Part shown: one piece after another, positions 1-8,186 of the stretch | Layout: every line of letters begins with the position of its first letter | How positions within the stretch are numbered: position 1 is the first letter of the stretch | Origin: an uncultured virus (IMG/VR IMGVR_UViG_3300037247_000525) | Taxonomy: Duplodnaviria; Heunggongvirae; Uroviricota; Caudoviricetes | Direction: 5' to 3' (one strand) | Length of the DNA: 64,000 nt | IMG/VR virus record: IMGVR_UViG_3300037247_000525 | Program-made: the position numbers and the translations under genes | Notes under the pieces: generated by a model | Told to the model about the DNA's origin: nothing | Seen by the model: the letters and a program-made list of their open reading frames with translations, nothing else | Database searches by the model: none

Positions 1-50
1 GGGTTGAAGTGCGGAAGTCTACCACGTGCCGGCAGCCCTGCCGGAGAATT

Positions 51-368
51 CTAGTCGAGTACCGAGGAAATCCATTCGGTCAGGAATCCAGGACCGTCGG
101 GCGTTCGCCGCTCCGGCGCCTTCAGCAACAGGTGCACCGCGGCGTCCACGCCGTCGGCGCCCGTCCACTCGTCCGTCCACATGGCGACGTAGTCGGGGAT
201 CACGCACGTCATGCCGGTCTGGTCGACGCCGTGCGGCGGGTTGCCGAGGCGCACCGACTTCCATTCGAAGACGAAGTACGCCAGCAACAGGTTGAGGAGC
301 CCGGGCTGGTTCTCGGCGATCCTGCCCAGGTTTCTCTTGGAAGGCCGCGTCACAGATAGCGTCTTCAT
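51..368 (-). CDS. hypothetical phage protein
   Basis: ORF MKTLSVTRPS...; ATG at 368 lies 5 nt downstream of a TATGCT box. Confidence 0.6.
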   Translation of the reverse strand: MKTLSVTRPSKRNLGRIAENQPGLLNLLLAYFVFEWKSVRLGNPPHGVDQTGMTCVIPDYVAMWTDEWTGADGVDAAVHLLLKAPERRTPDGPGFLTEWISSVLD

Positions 369-537
369 GCCAGAGCATACGCCTAACCTGCCCCTTTCTC
401 CAGCGGCCGAATCCTCACGCGCCGCCCGTTCCTCGGGATGGTCAACGCCTTCACGATTGCCTCGCTTCGGGACCGAACTGGAATTCGCACGGTGAGTTGA
501 TGTCGGCCGCGCTTCGACGTGACGACCACTGCGTATT

Positions 538-774
538 TCATGGTCCACACTCCTCGCATTCTGCTCGCGCCCGCTTCAGTTGTTCGATGCCAAAGCCCCC
601 CTCGCCAGCGCACGCCGGGCAAATCCCGCGCAGCTGGTCTTCGTAGTAGTCGGCGCGAACGCCACTGACCAACCACCGCACGGTGATGATCGTGGGCTTC
701 GCTTCCTTGCTGATCCTGATGATCTGACCCACGGATCCTGAATCAACCGATCGAACGTACTGGGCGAACTTCAT
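538..774 (-). CDS. small protein with C-terminal CxxCxGxG zinc-finger-like motif
   Basis: MKFAQYVRS...CPACAGEGG...CEECGP; ATGA-type overlap with neighbour. Confidence 0.55.
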   Translation of the reverse strand: MKFAQYVRSVDSGSVGQIIRISKEAKPTIITVRWLVSGVRADYYEDQLRGICPACAGEGGFGIEQLKRARAECEECGP

Positions 775-962
775 GCTTCCTCCGGCGTGAAGCGCGCGGC
801 CAGCCCTGCCCCTACGGCGACCAGCGCGGTCAGCGCGGGCGGCATCATGAACAGGACGAACAGGCCCAGGGTTGCCAGCGTGCTCGCGGCCAGTGCCATT
901 CTGCGTTCCATGCCAGAGCTTACCTCGTGGTTCCAACCACGCGGCAGAAATCCGAAAAAGAA

Positions 963-1187
963 TCAGCCTTGCTGCTCTCGCTTCGCCGAGTCCAGGGCGC
1001 TCTCGCCCGGCCGATCGCCGGGCCGGGTCGCCGCGATCCGGCGCCACTCGTGCGATCCCAGGCGAAGTTCCAACGTGGCGGCCCGACAGGCGCCGCAGAT
1101 GGGCTGCTCCGGGCCTCGCGGCTCGCCGCAGCTGTCGCAGGGCGGTCCGGCAGCGGGGCCATCCTGGGGCATCCTCGGCGTCTCCAT
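963..1187 (-). CDS. small Cys-containing hypothetical protein
   Basis: CDSC...CGAC pairs; directly downstream of a promoter-like element. Confidence 0.5.
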   Translation of the reverse strand: METPRMPQDGPAAGPPCDSCGEPRGPEQPICGACRAATLELRLGSHEWRRIAATRPGDRPGESALDSAKREQQG

Positions 1188-1192
1188 GACAT

Positions 1193-1221
1193 AGCATACG
1201 CCACGTTTACACGTTCCACAA
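1193..1221 (-). promoter_or_regulatory. sigma70-like promoter with CGTGTAAACG motif in spacer
   Basis: minus strand TTGTGG-17 nt-TATGCT, then 5 nt, then ATG. Confidence 0.55.
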
Positions 1222-1283
1222 GAGTTTGTTTCTGGCGCGCGCGGCGCGGGCCCGGGAAAGAATCATGTGCTCACCGGCGGCCA

Positions 1284-1520
1284 TCATTCCGGTAGGCCGA
1301 ACTCGTCTTTGCCGCGGGCGAACTCAGGATTCAGCCAGCCAACCCAGCACCACACGCCTGGACCCTTCAAGCGCCACACGCCGTGGCGCGCGCCCATCAT
1401 CTCGGCCAGCAGCCGGTTCACCAGCAGCTCGCGCGGGTAGTAGCCCGTCGTGTTCCACACCCTGGCGAAGTCCGCCAGGATGAAGTCCGGCAGGTCGTCG
1501 GTGTACACGAGGCACTTCAT
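1284..1520 (-). CDS. hypothetical protein
   Basis: ORF in phage-like codon usage, tightly packed. Confidence 0.55.
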   Translation of the reverse strand: MKCLVYTDDLPDFILADFARVWNTTGYYPRELLVNRLLAEMMGARHGVWRLKGPGVWCWVGWLNPEFARGKDEFGLPE

Positions 1521-1674
1521 GACGATGCCTCGATCAACCGGGCCAGTTCCAAGATCACGGCCAGCCGCTTCTTCGCGCGCTGCGTCCGTACCTCTGGGTC
1601 ATTCAGCATGCGTTCGACTAGTTCCAGGATCGCCGCGGCCCGCGCGGCGTTCGTCTTTGGGTGCCTTCAACAGC

Positions 1675-1902
1675 TCATGCGTTTGCCTTGAACCACCGAT
1701 CGCAGGCGGCGACGTGGACGGAGTAGGTCCGCAGTAGGTCGCGCGCCTCTTCCGCGTCTTCGATCACTTCGCCCCGCTTCCGTAATCCGCGCCAACGCGC
1801 GATGATCCGGCGCTGGCCCTGGCGGTAGTCGTCCCGCGTGTTGGCGACGCAGCAAATCAGCTCGTCCAGTAGGTCAGTGTCTGCTTCTTCAGGTGTTACC
1901 AT
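1675..1902 (-). CDS. hypothetical protein
   Basis: ORF MVTPEEADTD... Confidence 0.55.
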   Translation of the reverse strand: MVTPEEADTDLLDELICCVANTRDDYRQGQRRIIARWRGLRKRGEVIEDAEEARDLLRTYSVHVAACDRWFKANA

Positions 1903-1913
1903 AGTTCTAAGTG

Positions 1914-1972
1914 AAAAGGTAGCGACGGGGCCGGTTTGGCGTGCTCATATTTTGGAGCCCGGCCCCGCCGCG
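1914..1972 (-). terminator. GC-rich hairpin / intrinsic terminator downstream of mini-tmRNA
   Basis: GCGGCGGGGCCGG...CCGGCCCCGTCGC stem followed by TACCTTTT. Confidence 0.6.
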
Positions 1973-1973
1973 A

Positions 1974-2088
1974 TGGTGGAAGCGGTGGGAGTTGAACCCA
2001 CGTCCGAGCGGGCAAGGCGCGTTTTAGCTTGGGCCTTTCGCGCTGCGGACTTGCACCGCCGTCCCGTCCGTCGATACCCGTCACTCCC
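1974..2088 (-). ncRNA. ssrA: minimal tmRNA-like RNA (tRNA-like domain with very short internal domain), 115 nt
   Basis: 5' GGGAGTG-ACGGGTATCGAC-GG; 3' GGAC-GTGGG-TTCAACT-CCCAC-CGCTTCC-ACCA; acceptor stem with G3.U70; P2-like helix CGGACGGG/CCCGCTCG; no D-stem or anticodon arm. Confidence 0.8.
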
Positions 2089-2127
2089 AAAAAGAATGCC
2101 GCCGGCGCGCGGGATCGCCGACGGCAT
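2089..2127 (-). terminator. intrinsic terminator-like hairpin abutting 5' end of mini-tmRNA
   Basis: 12-bp stem ATGCCGTCGGCG/CGCCGGCGGCAT followed by TCTTTTT. Confidence 0.65.
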
Positions 2128-2132
2128 GGGGG

Positions 2133-2480
2133 TCAGATTTTCAATGGAGGATTTCCGCACACTGGACCGACGGGCACCAGCTTGGCGTGGTTCATGGCAG
2201 CCTTCGAGCAGAGCCGGGCCCATTTGAACCGCAGCTTGCCGCGTTCGTTGCGCGACCCACGGCGCTCGTCGCTCTCGGCGACGCTCTCCACCAGGAGCCG
2301 TATGAGGGCCAGCAGGTTGCCGCGGGTCAGTCCGGCCCAGAGTGCCAGGGGCGTAGGCTTCGCCTTGTACAAGTAGATGTCGCGCGCCCCACGGACGAAC
2401 AGGGCGACGGACACTGCGCAGGCCGACAGGTAGATCATGCGGGCCAGCTCGACGGTCGGAATGTCTTTTGCATGTATCAT
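2133..2480 (-). CDS. hypothetical membrane-associated protein between tRNA-His and mini-tmRNA
   Basis: MIHAKDIPT... with hydrophobic segments; start placed just after the tRNA CCA. Confidence 0.5.
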   Translation of the reverse strand: MIHAKDIPTVELARMIYLSACAVSVALFVRGARDIYLYKAKPTPLALWAGLTRGNLLALIRLLVESVAESDERRGSRNERGKLRFKWARLCSKAAMNHAKLVPVGPVCGNPPLKI

Positions 2481-2484
2481 TGAA

Positions 2485-2558
2485 TGGTCGCCGGTCCAGG
2501 AATCGAACCTGAGCCTCCAGTGCCACAAACTGGTGTTCTACCATTGAACTACCCGACG
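2485..2558 (-). tRNA. tRNA-His (GTG)
   Basis: cloverleaf CGTCGGG-TA-GTTC AATGGTA GAAC-A-CCAGT TTGTGGC ACTGG-...-TCAGG TTCGATT CCTGG-ACCGGCG-A-CCA. Confidence 0.9.
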
Positions 2559-2908
2559 TTTCGACTCATCAGCTTGTTGACCTGCGCGGCGTACGCGGCG
2601 TGCAGCTCGGTGAACTTCCCAGCCGGCAGCGCAGAGACGGCCTCCAAGTACGTCGTCGGCTTCACGCCTAGTTCGCGCGCCGCTTCGAGCACGGCCACCT
2701 CGTAAGCCTTCACCAGCCGAAGCCGCTCGCCCAGCAGCCCCTTCAGCTTCTTCCGTGACAGCGTGCGCAGCGTGTCGCCGGAGCTGAAGCAGTCGCGCAC
2801 CAAGCACAGCGCGCGGCTGAACTCGTCGACCGGGTCGACCAGCTCTAGCAGGTCCATCACGGGCCCAGTGTCGGGATGCTGCCGCATGCTCTCGTACAGG
2901 TGGTTCAT
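2549..2908 (-). CDS. hypothetical protein
   Basis: ORF; 3' end overlaps the 5' end of tRNA-His. Confidence 0.65.
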   Translation of the reverse strand: MNHLYESMRQHPDTGPVMDLLELVDPVDEFSRALCLVRDCFSSGDTLRTLSRKKLKGLLGERLRLVKAYEVAVLEAARELGVKPTTYLEAVSALPAGKFTELHAAYAAQVNKLMSRNVG

Positions 2909-3225
2909 GCCTTCAGCCGGTCGTTTCGAAACTTCGCGTAGTCCTCGGCGTCGCCGCGATTGTGAAAGTAGCCCACGGTCGTGTTCGTCTCGGAGTCGAA
3001 CACGTCCTCATTGTTCTCACAAAGTCGATACCGCGGCAGCGGCTCTTCCTGGCACGTGAACGCCCAGTGGTCGCCGGGTAGGTTCGTATCCAACACAGCG
3101 TCATCGTCCAGCACCCCGCACGTCAGCCTCGTGGCCCCCATCAGGTACCCCACGTTGCCGTCCGGGTAGTGGTCGGTCAGGAGGATGGACTTCAACACGG
3201 CGTTGCTAAATGTGAATCGCTTCAT
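2905..3225 (-). CDS. hypothetical protein
   Basis: ATGA-coupled ORF. Confidence 0.65.
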   Translation of the reverse strand: MKRFTFSNAVLKSILLTDHYPDGNVGYLMGATRLTCGVLDDDAVLDTNLPGDHWAFTCQEEPLPRYRLCENNEDVFDSETNTTVGYFHNRGDAEDYAKFRNDRLKA

Positions 3226-4517
3226 GATTTGCAGCCTCTACTGCACGGGCTCGGTTCGTCGTTGAACGGGTTGATCCAGGTGCCGGTGCCCTTGCACTCT
3301 TCGCATTGTCGCCGTTCGGCGACATTTGGCTTCGTGTCACCGCTCGGCGACACCAAGTCGTAGGACGTGATCAGGCCGCCCACCGCCTTCTTGTTCCGGC
3401 TGACGAAGTCGATGATCGACTCATCGGCATCCCTGTCGAACACCGCGGTCGGCTTGATCGGCATCGTATCGGGATCGGAGGCCACGACCCCAGGCGCCAC
3501 CTCGATGACCACCATGCCGTCGTCCTTCCACTTGACCACGCGGCCGATGTATGTCCCGCCGGGCCCCGTATAGGCAAGGCTGCCGCAGATGTTCAGCTTG
3601 CTGGGGTCGTACGTGACGAACACGTTCGGGGCCACGTTCACCATGTTCCGGTGACGAGCCTCCTTGGGTGAGATTGCCGGCGGCAGCTCCATGTCCAGCA
3701 GCACCTGCACGTTGCCGTCGGCGCATACCTTGGTCACGGTACCCCAGCATTCCGAGTGCGCACTGGTCTCCACGCGCACGCGGTCGTAGGGCTTGAACCA
3801 CACGCCGGTCGGGTGCTTGCAGTAGCAGGTGACCCGCGGCGCATTGGTCTTGGCGAGTCTTTCGAGTCCTAGCTCGCCCAGGTGCTCCTCGCCGAGCCCA
3901 CGCCACGTGATGCTCTCGCTGAGTACCTTCAGCGGCTGCTGGATCTCGTCACGGGTCGCCGGCGGCGGCGACAGCATGCTGGCTGCGGCAAGCCAGCGTC
4001 GCTCCTGCTCGCCGGACATTATCCACCGCGTCGGATGCAGTCCCGTGTCCGCTTTGATCGCGGCCGTCGCCTTGCGTATGTCTTCCATGACGTCGCCGGG
4101 CGGGTTGTCCCGGCTGGTGGCCAATGGGCAGTCGGCCTTGTGCTCTTGCTCCCACATCGCGCCACAACAGGGCTGGAAGGTCGGGTCCATTATACCGCCG
4201 GGCGGGTTGTCCAAGACGGTCTTGGGCTCTTCCTCGTCCTCGATCGTCATCTGGTACAGCGACAGGATGAACTCGCGGGCGTCGGGCTGCTCGTCGAAAT
4301 GGTCCTTGATCGCCAGCATTTGCAGCTCGCGGCCGTGGGCGCCCATCTTGAACCGACCCGCGGCGGAGGTCGTCCTGGTGTAATCACCCATCTCGCGGTG
4401 CACTAGCGCCAGGAACTGAGCCTGCTCGTCGCCGCCCATGTGGGCGAACGCCTTGGCCATCATGGGCAGGTCCAGATCCACGTCGGTTTCGATGCGAACC
4501 TTCACTGGGTTCTTCAT
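3222..4517 (-). CDS. multi-module hypothetical protein with C-terminal CxxCxGTG zinc-finger-like motif
   Basis: 431 aa ORF, repeated DNPPG(G/D), ends CEECKGTG...PCSRGCKS. Confidence 0.7.
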   Translation of the reverse strand: MKNPVKVRIETDVDLDLPMMAKAFAHMGGDEQAQFLALVHREMGDYTRTTSAAGRFKMGAHGRELQMLAIKDHFDEQPDAREFILSLYQMTIEDEEEPKTVLDNPPGGIMDPTFQPCCGAMWEQEHKADCPLATSRDNPPGDVMEDIRKATAAIKADTGLHPTRWIMSGEQERRWLAAASMLSPPPATRDEIQQPLKVLSESITWRGLGEEHLGELGLERLAKTNAPRVTCYCKHPTGVWFKPYDRVRVETSAHSECWGTVTKVCADGNVQVLLDMELPPAISPKEARHRNMVNVAPNVFVTYDPSKLNICGSLAYTGPGGTYIGRVVKWKDDGMVVIEVAPGVVASDPDTMPIKPTAVFDRDADESIIDFVSRNKKAVGGLITSYDLVSPSGDTKPNVAERRQCEECKGTGTWINPFNDEPSPCSRGCKS

Positions 4518-4722
4518 CTTGGTACTCCGTTGGCCGTGGCCTCACTTCGATCCGGCACGCCGTCGCGGGCGTTGATCTGTTCGCGCCCGTCGCGGCGCTG
4601 GGAAGCCCACTCGGACAGCTCGCCAAAGGCTTTGGCCCGGTCGGTCGGGTGCAGGTTACGAAACTCGTCGTCCACGTCCCGCTTGACGCGGTAGAGCTGC
4701 TCGTCCTTGTGGTTGTACGTCA

Positions 4723-5007
4723 TCAGTCGGTCCCCAGGTCGAAGACGAACCACGGCGCGAGGCCGTTCAGGGTCACGGCGACGCCGACGAAGAGGCCCAA
4801 CGCTGTGTCCACGTCGAACGGCACACCTTGGCCGATGACGGACAGCCGCCGCTTCACGAACGGCGCCATGGGTTTGACGCGGGCCCAAAGGACCACGCTG
4901 TCGTTGACGCTGTCGACGTGCAGGATGGTAGCCCCCTCGGGCATGTTCAAGTCGACGAGTCCTTGATCGCTGGGAAGGATGTACTTGTAGATCACGTGTG
5001 CACTCAT
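4723..5007 (-). CDS. conserved small phage protein
   Basis: IYKYIL...MPEGATILHV...LWARV...VIGQG pattern typical of a phage hypothetical family. Confidence 0.6.
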   Translation of the reverse strand: MSAHVIYKYILPSDQGLVDLNMPEGATILHVDSVNDSVVLWARVKPMAPFVKRRLSVIGQGVPFDVDTALGLFVGVAVTLNGLAPWFVFDLGTD

Positions 5008-5023
5008 GTTTCGTTCCTCAATT

Positions 5024-5515
5024 TCAGAAGTCTATCCCACGATGGCGGTGTTGGTCGGACAACCTCATGAAAACTTCACCCTCGGGCAGCGGGCAGTCTT
5101 CGATCCATTCCATGTTGCGCTTCATCGTCCAACCGGGGACGTCCGGCACGTCTACACCGGCGAAGACGTTTACACGCCGGCTACCGCGCAGTTTTGGTAG
5201 CGCCAAAAATGGCGCGACGTCCGCCTGCTCATGCAGCGTGACGGTCACTCCGTCCAAGAACAGCATCACTTGCGGCAGCTTTTGTGGCTTGGCGGTGTAG
5301 AGGATGATCGACGCGAACGACTGCCGTCGAATGGTGGTTGCGACCTCGACGACCAGCCTGGGATTCAGCATCGGCTCGCCGCCGGTCAGGACCACCATGT
5401 CGTAGCCACGGAAATCCGTGGCTACGGGCAGCGCGTCCAGGTCCCACTGATTGTTGCAGCAGCCCGGGCACGTGCGGTTGCACGACGAGAACAGGAGTAG
5501 GCGCAGTACCTTCAC
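5024..5515 (-). CDS. short radical SAM protein
   Basis: CNRTCPGC (CxxxCxxC) and LTGGEP motifs. Confidence 0.8.
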   Translation of the reverse strand: MKVLRLLLFSSCNRTCPGCCNNQWDLDALPVATDFRGYDMVVLTGGEPMLNPRLVVEVATTIRRQSFASIILYTAKPQKLPQVMLFLDGVTVTLHEQADVAPFLALPKLRGSRRVNVFAGVDVPDVPGWTMKRNMEWIEDCPLPEGEVFMRLSDQHRHRGIDF

Positions 5516-6156
5516 GGCTTGCATCCCTTGCTGCACGGGTGCATGAACCCGTTCGTCAGCCCAGTGTCGAAGCACTCGGGGCACTTCGGCTTCGTGAACA
5601 TGTCCTTTGGTGGTGGTGCCACGAATGGGTTCGGCCCCAGGGCCGGCTTCGATACGACCCCGCCCGTAGCCGGGAGCAGCATCTTGCGTAGCAGCGGGGA
5701 GCTGATCGCGTGCCCCAGCACGCTAATCAGTGCACGGTCGGCCGATTGTGCTAAGATGTCGCGCGGATTGATCGCAAACTTCAAGTCCTGGTCGCTCACG
5801 GCGTCGTTCATGGAGACCACTTGCCCGCCTTGGAAGTCCAGCGTACCGTCGTCGTTCATAGTCAGGCTCTGCACCGTCGCTACGTGGATGGTGTCGCAAT
5901 GCGAAGCACGCTGGTCCGCGTCGAGCGTGACGAGGTGGAACGTCTCGCCGGTGCGCGCGGCCGGCGGCCCAGCCACCACGTCCACGGATATGTTCGGGTT
6001 GCCGTGTCGTCGAAGGATGGCTGACGACACGCCGGCCACGTCAGATACGAGCTGGATAGTCGTCACGTCGATCAGCTTCTTGCCGGTGTCCGCGTCGTAG
6101 ATCCCCAGGTCGCGCGGGTCGCCGACATTGCCACGTATGTAGATTCGCTTCGTCAT
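5512..6156 (-). CDS. hypothetical protein with C-terminal zinc-finger-like motif
   Basis: ends CPECFDTG...PCSKGCKP. Confidence 0.65.
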   Translation of the reverse strand: MTKRIYIRGNVGDPRDLGIYDADTGKKLIDVTTIQLVSDVAGVSSAILRRHGNPNISVDVVAGPPAARTGETFHLVTLDADQRASHCDTIHVATVQSLTMNDDGTLDFQGGQVVSMNDAVSDQDLKFAINPRDILAQSADRALISVLGHAISSPLLRKMLLPATGGVVSKPALGPNPFVAPPPKDMFTKPKCPECFDTGLTNGFMHPCSKGCKP

Positions 6157-6271
6157 CGGCTCGCCCTCTGGTCCATCAGCCAGTTGATCACGGGTTGCAG
6201 CACGTCCTGCGGAACGCCGCGGCGCCGCAGCTCGTCCAGCAGCATGGCGATTCGGTCTAGGATGGTTTGCT

Positions 6272-6844
6272 TCATTTGATCAGCTCCAGGAACTTGGCTA
6301 CCTGCTCCGTGGTTTCGAATTCTGGCAGGCGCACCTTGATTGCCTTGCCTCCCTTGACGTGCACCGTGACCTTGCCGAAGCGGGTCTTCGCTTGTCCATC
6401 GAAGCAATCACAGTGATTGCTTGAATTCATGTTCACGCCGAACCGCTCCAGTGCATCGCGCAAGAACATCTTGGCCCGATCTTCGTCAGCCCTGTCCTGG
6501 GCCCGCTTGTCCTTCTGCGCTGCGTCGTCGCGCATCACCTGGGCCAGCTCCCGCAGCCCCTTCAGGATGCCGGCTTCGTTGAAGGTCCGGTCCTTCACAC
6601 GTGCCGTGAACGTGCGCGCCAGTACGCGCCCGTAGCGGTAGACGCCGACGTGGTCCGTGCGGATCACGATGCGGTTCACGTAGGGCAGCGTCCTGAAGCC
6701 GCCCGGGAAGTAGTCGCACGCTCGCACTGTCAGACGGCGCAGAGGTTCAACGATAGCAGATACGTGATGTCCTTGCGTGGTCGGCACCAGCCCCACGTCC
6801 TTCATCAGTCGCGCGACCATGTCGGTTGTCTCTTGTACGTTCAT
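6272..6844 (-). CDS. hypothetical protein
   Basis: ORF MNVQETTDM...; coupled to neighbours. Confidence 0.6.
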   Translation of the reverse strand: MNVQETTDMVARLMKDVGLVPTTQGHHVSAIVEPLRRLTVRACDYFPGGFRTLPYVNRIVIRTDHVGVYRYGRVLARTFTARVKDRTFNEAGILKGLRELAQVMRDDAAQKDKRAQDRADEDRAKMFLRDALERFGVNMNSSNHCDCFDGQAKTRFGKVTVHVKGGKAIKVRLPEFETTEQVAKFLELIK

Positions 6845-7476
6845 CAGTAGTTCCTCGCGATGAAGTGGCTCGGGTCCTGGTTCATGTGGTTGGCCACGGC
6901 TTGGTTCAGGAAGTCGCACAGCCCCTCGCGGCCGTTCTCAACCTCCAGCTCGTCCAGGCGTGCCGGCAGCTCGGCGGCGGTCGCCTTGTCCAGCGCCTTC
7001 TGGGCCTTCTCCATGGTCGGCTCGAACTGGTTCGCCCAGTCGTCGGTGCCGGGGTACGTCTGTAGTCGGTAGACTCTCATGATCAGTTCTCCCAGTGTGC
7101 AACGGCTAGCAGCCGTCCGGTTTCCTTGTCGAAGGCCCACTCGCTGAAGAAGCACATGTATCCATGCTCTCCGAGGTTGTCCACGGTCAGCGTGACCGTG
7201 TCTTCGGTCACCTCTTCTTTCATCGTCATGTGGCGGTCCATCATGGCTTTGAATTGTTCCAGCTCGGTCATGATTCTAGTTCCTCCATGTCGGTTGACGT
7301 CACGTGCCACTTGCCTGAGAAGGGGCAGACGTAGAGCCGGACCTTATTGCCGGCCCCGGCCAGCGCGCGCTTGCCGGCGGAGCGGGAACTGAAGCCCCGC
7401 TTGCCGCACGAGCACTCCGTCCACTGCGCATTGGTCTGCCGGCGGGGTCGGTAGCCCCGCTTTATCTTCACCCTGC

Positions 7477-8124
7477 TCATGCTTCCACCATCTCGCCACC
7501 GCAGCCGCAGGTCGGCGCGCCAGCTTCCTCAAGCCACTTCGCGGTCATGCGTATGATGCAGCCACACTTCGGGCAGCTGACCTTCCGCATCCTGGTGCCT
7601 TGCTTCGTCACGGAGAGCTTCGACAGCTCGGCGTGCGGGTAGGGGCCCAGGTCGCCCGTCAGAAGCAACAGGTCGGCGGCCAGCGCCTCGCCGGCGACGG
7701 TCGCGGTCATCTTGCCTTCCAGGCCGAGGCCCTTCGCCAGCTTGCGGAAGGGGCCCTTGTGTCCAGCTTCGTTGCCGACCACGGCATGGACCAGCTCGTG
7801 CATCAGGGTCGCCAGGACCCGCCCGGCGTCGTCCAGCTCGGGCGAAATGAACAGCTCGCTGGTCGCGTCCCCGCTGTCTTTCGGGTGCCACGCCTGCCCG
7901 ATGGTCTTGCCCCTGCCACCCTTGGGCCAGCCGCAGCTCACGCGGAAGCGGGGATAGTCGGCGGCACCCTGCGCGTCGAACATCGGACGCATGGCCTGGG
8001 CCGCGGCGCCCAGCCATTCCTCGCGGGTTGCGAACGTCGCGGCGCGGGGCTTCGGCACGGCGCTTTTCTTCTTGCCGGCCTTCTTCGCCTCCAGCTTCTT
8101 GCGGATCTTGTCGGTCTTGCTCAT
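7477..8124 (-). CDS. SprT-like zinc metalloprotease with C-terminal Zn ribbon
   Basis: HELVH motif, GHKGPF, CPKCG...CGCG; AGGAG SD upstream. Confidence 0.8.
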   Translation of the reverse strand: MSKTDKIRKKLEAKKAGKKKSAVPKPRAATFATREEWLGAAAQAMRPMFDAQGAADYPRFRVSCGWPKGGRGKTIGQAWHPKDSGDATSELFISPELDDAGRVLATLMHELVHAVVGNEAGHKGPFRKLAKGLGLEGKMTATVAGEALAADLLLLTGDLGPYPHAELSKLSVTKQGTRMRKVSCPKCGCIIRMTAKWLEEAGAPTCGCGGEMVEA

Positions 8125-8186
8125 GGTTGGCTCCTATGCGTCCGTGGCATAAACTCGTTTCATGCGGCCCAAGTATACCCCTGCGT

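Noticed and set aside
1974..2010. Ordinary tRNA or attP-type tRNA 3' fragment
   Set aside because: No D-stem or anticodon arm. A matching tmRNA-type 5' end pairs with it 115 nt upstream, so it is a complete mini-tmRNA-like unit, and no integrase is nearby.
1900..2500. Permuted two-piece tmRNA
   Set aside because: Order is 5' end then 3' end (unpermuted), and no separate tag-coding piece ending in an ALAA-like peptide was found nearby.
1945..2544. 199-aa minus-strand ORF spanning tRNA and mini-tmRNA
   Set aside because: Overlaps two RNA genes and a terminator, with low-complexity Arg/Pro-rich composition typical of a shadow ORF.
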